A DNA stretch of 64,000 bases from an uncultured Bacteroidales bacterium (GTDB taxonomy: Bacteria; Bacteroidota; Bacteroidia; Bacteroidales; WCHB1-69): the NCBI GenBank assembly GCA_947169105.1, contig CAMVOL010000004.1:40656-104655 (forward strand). The letters are read 5' to 3'. The notes beneath the pieces are model-generated. The model was not told the DNA's origin and ran no database searches. It saw only the letters and a list, made by a program, of their open reading frames with translations. Positions 26,422 to 33,486 of the stretch are shown here, piece by piece; position 1 is the first letter of the stretch; every line of letters starts with the position of its first letter. The translations under genes were made by a program, and so were the position numbers.

Positions 26422-26631
26422 ATGGAAACAATATTCGATCATAATGTAACGAAAAGGGAAATTGAGGAGTTTGGTCTTGTTGGCTCAAAGGATGTTGATA
26501 GTATAACGGCCAACATTAACCTCGCTTATTTATTTTGGCATCGTGGTAATAAAACTAAAGCCAGATTATATGCAGACAGACTACCTATTGAATATAGGAA
26601 TGACTTTTATAGGACTATATCACACTCTTGA
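26422..26631 (+). CDS. hypothetical 69-aa protein (array cassette 3)
   Basis: ATG start flanked by junction repeats R3 and R4. No family recognised. Confidence 0.45.
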   Translation: METIFDHNVTKREIEEFGLVGSKDVDSITANINLAYLFWHRGNKTKARLYADRLPIEYRNDFYRTISHS

Positions 26632-26654
26632 ATATATAGCGAAATCATTTTTTT

Positions 26655-26689
26655 GTGAGACAGTCGTGAAATATTGGGTATAATCAAAC
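26655..26689 (+). repeat. cassette-junction repeat R4
   Basis: GTGAGACAGTCGTGAAATATTGGGTATAATCAAAC ends 12 nt before ATG 26702. Confidence 0.7.
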
Positions 26690-26701
26690 TTATTAATCCT
26701 C

Positions 26702-27214
26702 ATGAAAAAATTCTTTTTACTAGTATTGTTTTTTATTCCTATTGCAATTGTAGGACAAGTCTTACGAGAGAGAACTACTGGCGTTAAGGATTTTGGTACA
26801 GAACGATGGGAATTGATGGAATATGAGTTACGACAATATACAATTGTGGATTCTTCGATTGAATTGCAATTAAGAGAAATATTGGGTATTAATCAAACGT
26901 CTGAAATTCAAAGCATGTGGAAACATTTGATGTTCGTGGAGTACATTAATGACACAATAAAATTAAGAATAGAATATCAGGATGCGCCGTACAAGCTGCC
27001 TGGATTAGTGGGTTTCTTTCGTATTGATGATTGGGACATATTGTTTTACAACAAGCTACCAACTTTTCTGAAAGCCACGAAAAAGTCCAAGACTTTTGCT
27101 TATGAAAGACATCTTTACAAGATAGGTAAAGATGATTGGGTGGAATTTCCCGGCGACAATTGCAGTCATACTTGGAATTTGATTTATTTTAACAACACGT
27201 TTTTAATTGAGTGA
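26702..27214 (+). CDS. hypothetical secreted 170-aa protein (array cassette 4)
   Basis: N-terminal signal peptide MKKFFLLVLFFIPIAIVGQ. No family recognised. Its size and export signal resemble orphan immunity-type proteins (inference). Confidence 0.65.
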   Translation: MKKFFLLVLFFIPIAIVGQVLRERTTGVKDFGTERWELMEYELRQYTIVDSSIELQLREILGINQTSEIQSMWKHLMFVEYINDTIKLRIEYQDAPYKLPGLVGFFRIDDWDILFYNKLPTFLKATKKSKTFAYERHLYKIGKDDWVEFPGDNCSHTWNLIYFNNTFLIE

Positions 27215-27244
27215 CTCTGACGTGAAATTGCAGCTATAATCAAC
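27211..27244 (+). repeat. cassette-junction repeat R5
   Basis: GTGACTCTGACGTGAAATTGCAGCTATAATCAAC contains the TGA stop of cassette 4 and ends 3 nt before ATG 27248. Confidence 0.7.
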
Positions 27245-27247
27245 ATC

Positions 27248-28039
27248 ATGATATATATCATATCCTTACTATTTGTTGCCGGCATCAGCCTTGTGATTGT
27301 TAGATGGTGGTACAATTCACCCCGTCAGAAAGGCAAACAAGGGGAACAAAGGGTGCGTGATATTCTTTCTCATCTACCAGAAGATTACCATGTCTTGCAG
27401 GACATCATATTGAAAACAGAAAAAGGGACAACACAAATTGATCATGTTGTCATCAGTCGGTATGGGATATTCACTATAGAGACAAAGAACTATCGAGGTG
27501 AAATTTATGGTGACGACACCCGTAAAGAATGGACACAGCTTATCGTTACAGATGTAACGTATGCAAAGAAATGGTGGAAAACATATACCTATGTGACGAA
27601 GAACCATTTTTATAACCCAGTCAAACAATCGTTAGGGCACGCTTATAGGATCAAAGAACTCCTTTCTGCATACCCCAACCTTAAAATTGTACCCATTGTT
27701 GTGTTTGCAGGTGACGCCTTACTGAACAACGTCAGGAGCAATCACCATGTCATCTATGAAAACCGTTTATTGGAGTTGATTTATTCATACGGGACCTGTT
27801 GCCTGACAGATTACGATGTTCAAACAGTGCTTTCCCTATTCAATGAGAACAATGTCAGAGAGACGGTGAGCGACAGACAACATGTCGAGAACCTTAGAAA
27901 TGCAGCAAGAGAGGTCAATGCCACCATCCATTCAGGCATTTGTCCGAAATGTGGCGGCCGTTTGATTGAACGGCACGGCAAATATGGTACATTTTATGGA
28001 TGTTCCAACTATCCTCAATGCAGATTCATTGTAAAATAG
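27248..28039 (+). CDS. NERD (nuclease-related) domain protein with an N-terminal TM helix and a C-terminal topoisomerase-type C4 zinc ribbon
   Basis: 263 aa. GEQRVRDILSHLPEDYHVLQDIIL...QIDHVVISRYGIFTIETKNY (NERD). CPKCGGRLIERHGKYGTFYGCSNYPQCRF (zinc ribbon). Confidence 0.8.
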   Translation: MIYIISLLFVAGISLVIVRWWYNSPRQKGKQGEQRVRDILSHLPEDYHVLQDIILKTEKGTTQIDHVVISRYGIFTIETKNYRGEIYGDDTRKEWTQLIVTDVTYAKKWWKTYTYVTKNHFYNPVKQSLGHAYRIKELLSAYPNLKIVPIVVFAGDALLNNVRSNHHVIYENRLLELIYSYGTCCLTDYDVQTVLSLFNENNVRETVSDRQHVENLRNAAREVNATIHSGICPKCGGRLIERHGKYGTFYGCSNYPQCRFIVK

Positions 28040-28560
28040 CAGCGGAAGTTATCTATCCGTCCGGTTCTTCCGCGGCATCACCTGCGGTGTTCTTCCGTAC
28101 CTGCCGCCCGTGCCGCGGGCTGACCCACGAGGCTTTCCCGCACAACCCCACGTTACGGCGTTCACTTCGTTCCGCCTCACATGGGGCTACAAAGCTTGCA
28201 CCCCTACGGGGTGCCGCACGAAACCCTTCCCTTCCTAAAATACGGCGCGATTCCGAAGTCGCACGCCGCCTTGCGATTTTTGCCGTTAAGAAATTGAGAC
28301 GTTTCGAGCGTGAAGAAACGCGAACTGTTTGAAGCAACACGGAATGGAATGCAGTGTTGCAAGTTTTCGCGTTTTAGCGAGAAACGGCCAATTTTAGGGA
28401 AAAATCGTGCAGCGGCAAAGCGCATTTCTTTTGGTTCGTTTTCTTTTTGCAATCGAAAAGAAAATGAACAAATATAACCGAAGGTTAAATACACGATTTA
28501 GAGACTGACAAAACCAAAAATATTGTCACCAAATGTTTTTGGCAACAGTACCTTAACTCC
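28040..28560. other. non-coding tract with a GC-rich, hairpin-dense left part and an AT-richer right part; function unknown
   Basis: Contains the perfect hairpin cacccc-tac-ggggtg (28199-28213) and gcccg-tgccg-cgggc. It shares words with 57484-57631 (ctgac[cg]cac, cacccct[ag]cggggt, atggggct). Track ORFs here have no start context or family. Confidence 0.5.
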
Positions 28561-28588
28561 TTAACTTTCAATTTTCAGTTCTCAACTT

Positions 28589-30376
28589 TCAGTTCAAGAA
28601 CGCGATCACATCGCCCTTCCGCACTTTTTCCCCTTGGCTTGCCACCACTTGCAGCAGCTTGCCGTCGTACAGGGCTTTCACCTCGTCCTGGCCGTAGTAG
28701 GCCTCCACATAGCATACGGTGTCGCCTTCTTTGTAGGACGTGCCTTGCGGCGGGTTCATGCCCTGTCCGGTGACGGGAAGTTCCCACAGCACGATGCCGT
28801 CGGAGGGGGCAATGACGGGTTTTGCGTCGGGATGCTGGGCCGTTACAGCGGCAATCAGCTCCTCGCGTACCACTTCGGGCAGCTTGATCTCCTTGACGAT
28901 GACTTTGATGTTGGATTGCTGCTTCTTGGCTTCGAGTTCGCGCTCGAAATTCTTCTTGGCCGCACCGCTCTTATAGTCGATGTACTGCGTCGGGTGCATG
29001 GCGTACTCGAAGAGTTCCTCCTCGTCTTCGCCGACGTCCCAGCCCTGCTCTTCCATCAGCTTGCGGTACTTCGGCAGCTCGTCCGGATAATGGTCCTGCG
29101 GGTTGGTGGTGGAGAATTCGTATCCTTTTTCTTTGGCCAATTCCACGATTTCGGGCGCCAGTGTGCCGGGGAGTGTGCCGGCTTTGCCGAGGATCATGTC
29201 CCACTGCTTCTGGTCCATGGAACTGAAACGCTCCTTGCCTTGCGCCATCTGCAGGATGTTCATCAGGGCGATGTTCTTGACGTACTGGCTGAACGGGGTG
29301 ACCAGAGGCGGGTTGCCGACTTTGGGCCACACGTAGGCCACCTCCTCAAACAGCTTCACCAAAAGCTCGTCTTCGGAAAGTTCTTTTTGACCGCTGGCTT
29401 TCAGCGACATATTGATGGCTTTGTGCACGCCTTTGAGGTCGGCCATCATCGAGCCCATCATACCGCCGGGCAGGCCGCAGCCCACGAGCAGGGAGGTGGA
29501 GATGCGGTTCTTCGGGTCGATCCAGTAGCCGAGGAAGTCGTCCATAAACTCTTGGGTGAGACGGCGCACCTCCATATAGGCGTTCATGTTGATTTCGGGG
29601 ACGTCGAAGCCCGCATCTTTCAGCATGGCCTGGATGGTGATGACATCGGGATGCACCATGCCCCAGGAGAGGGGTTCGACAGCCACGTCGATGATGTCGG
29701 CGCCGGCTTTGGCCACCTCTAATGTGGAGGCGACGGAGAAGCCCGGGCCGGTGTGGCCGTGGTATTGCACGAGGATGTGCGGGTATTTTTCCTTGATGGC
29801 CTTGACCAGTTTGCCGAGGGTGGCGGGGCGGCCCACACCGGCCATGTCCTTCAGCCCGATTTCGTCACAGCCGAACTCCACGACTTTATCCACCACGCCC
29901 ATATAGTACTCCACGGTGTGGATGTCGGAGTGGGTGATGCTGAGGGCGACTTGCGAGATCATGCCGGCCTCTTTGGCGAACTTGACGGAGTTTTCGAGGT
30001 TGCGGGGGTCGTTGAGGCCGCAGAAGGAGCGGGCGACATCGACACCTTGGGCTTTCTTCACCTTGAACATCAGTCGGCGCACGTCGGCGGGCACGGGGTC
30101 CATACGGAGGGCATTGAGGGCGCGCTCCAGCATCTGGCACTGGATGCCGGCTTCCCGCAGCGGCTTCGTCCATGCGCGGACGGCCTTGTTCGGGTTCTCG
30201 CCGTAAAGAAGGTTCACTTGTTCAAAAGCGCCGCCGTTGGTCTCCACGCGGGCGAAACAGCCGCAATCCACGATGGCGGGTGCGACACGCACCAGCTGGT
30301 CCACGCGGGGCTGGTACTTTCCGGAAGATTGCCACATGTCACGATAAACGAGACAGAATCTGATTTGTTTGCTCAT
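28589..30376 (-). CDS. pyruvate/oxaloacetate carboxyltransferase (OadA / transcarboxylase-5S-like) with a C-terminal biotinyl/lipoyl-like domain lacking the canonical MKM lysine
   Basis: 595 aa. LKDMAGV, VQYHGHTGPG and GADIIDVAVEPLS carboxyltransferase motifs. The C-terminus EGDTVCYVEAYYGQDEVKALYDGKL occupies the position where EAMKM is expected. Confidence 0.8.
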   Translation of the reverse strand: MSKQIRFCLVYRDMWQSSGKYQPRVDQLVRVAPAIVDCGCFARVETNGGAFEQVNLLYGENPNKAVRAWTKPLREAGIQCQMLERALNALRMDPVPADVRRLMFKVKKAQGVDVARSFCGLNDPRNLENSVKFAKEAGMISQVALSITHSDIHTVEYYMGVVDKVVEFGCDEIGLKDMAGVGRPATLGKLVKAIKEKYPHILVQYHGHTGPGFSVASTLEVAKAGADIIDVAVEPLSWGMVHPDVITIQAMLKDAGFDVPEINMNAYMEVRRLTQEFMDDFLGYWIDPKNRISTSLLVGCGLPGGMMGSMMADLKGVHKAINMSLKASGQKELSEDELLVKLFEEVAYVWPKVGNPPLVTPFSQYVKNIALMNILQMAQGKERFSSMDQKQWDMILGKAGTLPGTLAPEIVELAKEKGYEFSTTNPQDHYPDELPKYRKLMEEQGWDVGEDEEELFEYAMHPTQYIDYKSGAAKKNFERELEAKKQQSNIKVIVKEIKLPEVVREELIAAVTAQHPDAKPVIAPSDGIVLWELPVTGQGMNPPQGTSYKEGDTVCYVEAYYGQDEVKALYDGKLLQVVASQGEKVRKGDVIAFLN

Positions 30377-30466
30377 ATAGTTTGGTCTGTTTTTGTTTTA
30401 TTCTTCTATTATAAACAAGGAAAAAGCCCAATTGTTCAAGGCTTTTCCTGTTTTTGAAAAAACGCG

Positions 30467-30474
30467 CAAAGGTA
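30467..30474 (-). promoter_or_regulatory. -7 box (TAccTTTG) for the carboxyltransferase gene
   Basis: The + strand caaaggta lies about 91 nt upstream of ATG 30376. Confidence 0.5.
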
Positions 30475-30533
30475 CGATTTTTTTGTGGAAGAAAGAATTT
30501 GTTTGAAAAATTTGTTGTTTGCAAGAAAAGCAA

Positions 30534-30541
30534 TATCTTTG
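30534..30541 (+). promoter_or_regulatory. -7 box (TAtcTTTG) for mntA-hepT
   Basis: TATCTTTG lies about 21 nt upstream of ATG 30562. Confidence 0.6.
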
Positions 30542-30561
30542 CAGCCCCAAACGGAGTGTTT

Positions 30562-30861
30562 ATGAGTACAGAATCAATAACGGCTAAGATAGCTGAATAC
30601 TTCAAGACGCAGCCTGTGGTGAAAGCATGGCTGTTCGGGTCGTTTGCCCGTGGCGAGGAAACGCCCGATAGTGATATTGACATATTAGTACAGTATGATG
30701 AAAATGCCCGCATTTCGTTGTTGACCATTTCGCACATGATGGGAGAATTGGAACAAAGCACTGGAAGACGTGTTGATTTAATTGAAGATGGTTGTCTGAT
30801 GCCTTTTGCAGCGGAATCAGCCAACCGCGACAAACGATTGATATATGAGAGAAGAAATTAA
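30562..30861 (+). CDS. mntA: MNT-type nucleotidyltransferase antitoxin (type VII TA, MntA)
   Basis: The track ORF starts at 30454; ATG 30562 follows the -7 box. LFGSFARGEETPDSDIDILV is the GSx..DxD nucleotidyltransferase motif. Confidence 0.85.
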   Translation: MSTESITAKIAEYFKTQPVVKAWLFGSFARGEETPDSDIDILVQYDENARISLLTISHMMGELEQSTGRRVDLIEDGCLMPFAAESANRDKRLIYERRN

Positions 30862-31201
30862 GGACATAGAACGACTCCAGCATATTCTTGAAGCTATAAA
30901 CGTGCTTATTGACTACAAGGAACGACATACATTGGAAGAAGCTCAGTCTGATCCTGTGGTGTATTTCGGACTGGTGAAGCACGTTGAAATTATAGGTGAG
31001 GCTGTATATATGCTGACATTGGAGTATAAAGAAAAGCACAACGAAGTAAATTGGGGTGATATTGAGCGTATGAGGCACGTGTTGGTGCATGGATATTATA
31101 AAATCAGGCCAATACAGCTCTGGGAGACTATTGCTGTGGATATCCCTCAACTGAAACCTTTTATTATGAAATTGATAGAAGAAAAATTGTCTGAACAATG
31201 A
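30845..31201 (+). CDS. hepT: HEPN (DUF86) toxin HepT
   Basis: 118 aa, overlapping mntA by 17 nt. The RX4HXY motif is present in ERMRHVLVHGYY. Confidence 0.85.
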   Translation: MREEIKDIERLQHILEAINVLIDYKERHTLEEAQSDPVVYFGLVKHVEIIGEAVYMLTLEYKEKHNEVNWGDIERMRHVLVHGYYKIRPIQLWETIAVDIPQLKPFIMKLIEEKLSEQ

Positions 31202-31644
31202 ACATTGCACTCCGTTCCTTTCTCCGCCACGTGGCCCTGATTGCCGCCTTTTTTTTCCTGAATCTCTATTTGTTTTCGCAGACAACCGTTTATCAGAAAG
31301 ACAAGTGGGGCGCAAAACTCTATTATGTCGATGAGACCAACACCATGCGCATCAAGGACAAGTGGGGCGACAAACTCTACTATTTCGACGGGAAGACCAT
31401 CCGTCTGAAGGACAAGTGGGGCCAGGCGTTGGCCTATATGGACGGCAATACGGTGCGACTGAAGGACCAGTGGGGCGATAAACTCTACTACTTCGACGGA
31501 AACACCATCCGCCAAAAGGATCAATGGGGCGAAAAACTCTATTATCTGGATGGCAATGTTTTGAAAATCAAGGATAAATGGGGTGCGCCGATGTTCTATT
31601 TCGATGGGATTCCCGAAAGGTGGATGATTGTTTGCGTAATTTGA
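31198..31644 (+). CDS. secreted tandem-repeat protein (six 18-aa KDKWGxKLYYxDGxT[IV]R repeats)
   Basis: Its ATG overlaps the hepT stop (ATGA). Signal peptide ALIAAFFFLNLYLFSQ. The 54-nt coding repeats span about 31282-31605. They may be related to short beta-hairpin 'beta-flower'-type repeats (unverified). Confidence 0.7.
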   Translation: MNIALRSFLRHVALIAAFFFLNLYLFSQTTVYQKDKWGAKLYYVDETNTMRIKDKWGDKLYYFDGKTIRLKDKWGQALAYMDGNTVRLKDQWGDKLYYFDGNTIRQKDQWGEKLYYLDGNVLKIKDKWGAPMFYFDGIPERWMIVCVI

Positions 31645-31649
31645 AATTT

Positions 31650-31664
31650 TGGCACGGTATTTGT
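31650..31664 (+). promoter_or_regulatory. candidate sigma-54 (-24/-12) promoter upstream of the ECF sigma gene
   Basis: TGGCACGgtatTTGT compared with consensus TGGCAC-N5-TTGC gives one mismatch. It lies 37 nt upstream of ATG 31701. Confidence 0.35.
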
Positions 31665-31700
31665 TGTATGGTGGCGTGTAAAATTGGAAATTGCTACCCT

Positions 31701-32228
31701 ATGGAAAATACCGATATGATGAACAGCGTCCTCTCTCTTGATGACCGTCTGCGCCAATATGCTTTCTCTCTCACTCATAATCAGGAGGATGCGGAGGATT
31801 TAGTACAGGATACCTATTTGAAAGTGCTTCAGAATACCGATCGTTTCGCCGAAGCAACCAATCTGAAGGCGTGGGTCTATACGATTATGCGGAATACGTT
31901 CATCAACGGCTACCGCCGCAAGCAACGGAGCAAGGTCGTTACCGATGAAAGCGATGATAATGTGTCATTCACCAGCACGACCACGGTGTCAAGTGATGCC
32001 GCCGACCTCCCGCTGTATGTTTCGGAAATCACTACGGCCATCTCCTCTATGAAAGACAATCAAAGGGATGCATTCGAAATGTATGTGGACGGTTTCAAGT
32101 ACCACGAGATTGCCGACAAGCTCCAAATTTCCATCGGTACGGTGAAGAGCCGCATCTTCTTCGCCCGCCAGAAACTGATGTCCAACCTTACGGGTTATTC
32201 GGTGGCGCAGCTTCCGCTGACCGCGTAG
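31701..32228 (+). CDS. ECF-type RNA polymerase sigma-70 family factor
   Basis: The track ORF starts at 31578; ATG 31701 gives 175 aa. Region 2 is DAEDLVQDTYLKVL...LKAWVYTIMRNTFIN. Region 4 is YHEIADKLQISIGTVKSRIFFARQKL. Confidence 0.85.
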   Translation: MENTDMMNSVLSLDDRLRQYAFSLTHNQEDAEDLVQDTYLKVLQNTDRFAEATNLKAWVYTIMRNTFINGYRRKQRSKVVTDESDDNVSFTSTTTVSSDAADLPLYVSEITTAISSMKDNQRDAFEMYVDGFKYHEIADKLQISIGTVKSRIFFARQKLMSNLTGYSVAQLPLTA

Positions 32229-33477
32229 CCCGTCCGTACAGGAGCAGAAGCACGGTCATCAGCGGGATGAAGTTTGACCCCGCGCGGGTTTCCAGCATCG
32301 ACTCCACCAGAAAATTGCCAGCCACGAGCAGCCACCACATTCCTTGCAGGAAGTCTTTTTGCCGCACGGCCTCCCACAGAGGGATGCAGATAAAAAGCAG
32401 CAATGTCAGTAGCCCCGGAATTCCCAGTCCCACAAGGTGTTGCAGATACTGGTTGTGGCAGTTGAGCCGCTTGTCCAAAATGTACGTGTAGCCCTTCGCC
32501 TCGTACCGGCGGCATAGTTCGTCGGTGACATCGCCTGTGCCCGTGCCGAACGGCAGGTTCTCACCCGCCACCTCGCAGGAAGTCTGCCACACCACCACCC
32601 GCTGCATCGTGCCGTTGTACGGGTTGACCGTATTCTCCTCTTCCAACTGCCGCCCCATCTCGTAAAGACGGTCGGTCGGAACCACCCCGCTTGTCACAAT
32701 GGTAGCGCCAAGTCCGAGGCAGCCGGCAATCACCGCAATTCCCGCCCATAACGGCAACGCCTTCTTGCGGACGGCATAGATGAGGATGCACGGAAATACC
32801 AGTGCGAAAAGCAGGATACCCGCCTTCGATTGCAACAGGATGATGTCGGCCGGCAGGATGACGAGCGCGGCAATCAGTAGGATACGGATGCCTTTCAGAA
32901 GTGACAAATTGTTGTTAACCAGTAATATGACCGACAGAACCCATGCGGTGGTGCAGTACATTGACAGGTAGGAGGGATGTGTGGCCTTCTCCCCGAAAAA
33001 GTGGGTGGCATTCATATAGAAGAACTGTGACAGTTCGCCGGTGCGGGCATAACTGACAGCGGATATGACAAAATTTCCGATGGCGGTGGCAGTGACCGAC
33101 AGGATGAAGACAATCAGCAGAATGTGTATTTGTTTCAGCGAAATTCTTCCGTAAAGGGGAAGCAGGCCGATGGGTGCTGCCAAAAACCACAATTTGCACT
33201 CCCAGTCGGAAATGGCCTTGGCTACGTTGGTGGAGTAGGTGGCTCCAATGAGGCTCAGCACGAAAAGGGAAATGATAACGAAAAAAGGCAGTAGCAGCTT
33301 CTTTTCTCTGATTGTTTTAAAATGAGAAATAAAAAGGTTGTCTGTCAGGAATACAACCATCAACAGGATAGCGATGGGGAGCATCAGAAACCGTGTGAAC
33401 GGCAGGGTGGCCATGGCTACGGCCAGCAGCCAGAAGGCGCTTTTCTCGTTGAATTGGTCTCGGGTGAGTCTTTCCAT
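32188..33477 (-). CDS. O-antigen ligase/polymerase (Wzy_C) family membrane protein
   Basis: 429 aa, polytopic. The periplasmic-loop motif CHNQYLQHLVGLGIPGL resembles HN.yL...e.Gi.G. Confidence 0.7.
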   Translation of the reverse strand: MERLTRDQFNEKSAFWLLAVAMATLPFTRFLMLPIAILLMVVFLTDNLFISHFKTIREKKLLLPFFVIISLFVLSLIGATYSTNVAKAISDWECKLWFLAAPIGLLPLYGRISLKQIHILLIVFILSVTATAIGNFVISAVSYARTGELSQFFYMNATHFFGEKATHPSYLSMYCTTAWVLSVILLVNNNLSLLKGIRILLIAALVILPADIILLQSKAGILLFALVFPCILIYAVRKKALPLWAGIAVIAGCLGLGATIVTSGVVPTDRLYEMGRQLEEENTVNPYNGTMQRVVVWQTSCEVAGENLPFGTGTGDVTDELCRRYEAKGYTYILDKRLNCHNQYLQHLVGLGIPGLLTLLLFICIPLWEAVRQKDFLQGMWWLLVAGNFLVESMLETRAGSNFIPLMTVLLLLYGRATRSAEAAPPNNP

Positions 33478-33486
33478 AGCCGTGGT

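Noticed and set aside
25860-27244. Possibility that the five ~34-bp direct repeats form a CRISPR array
   Set aside because: The repeats are only about 60-75 percent identical. Spacing is highly irregular (about 160 to 520 bp). The intervals contain ORFs with start codons placed right after the repeats, and no cas genes are present.
28000-28494. Three overlapping ORFs (110 aa on +, 95 and 96 aa on -) in the tract right of the NERD gene
   Set aside because: They overlap one another on both strands and run through GC hairpins. They are rich in R/A/P/S, lack a TAnnTTTG box or sensible start, and have no family resemblance. The tract is treated as non-coding repeat or hairpin DNA.
30339-31315. 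- strand ORFs of 164 and 237 aa across the mntA-hepT region
   Set aside because: They are antisense to two genes with diagnostic catalytic motifs (GSx..DxD and RX4HXY). Their translations are low-complexity and without domains.
32188-32228. 41-bp convergent overlap between the ECF sigma gene and the O-antigen-ligase-like gene
   Set aside because: Convergent 3' overlaps of this size are common. There is no evidence of a regulatory role beyond possible antisense effects, so it is not treated as a finding.
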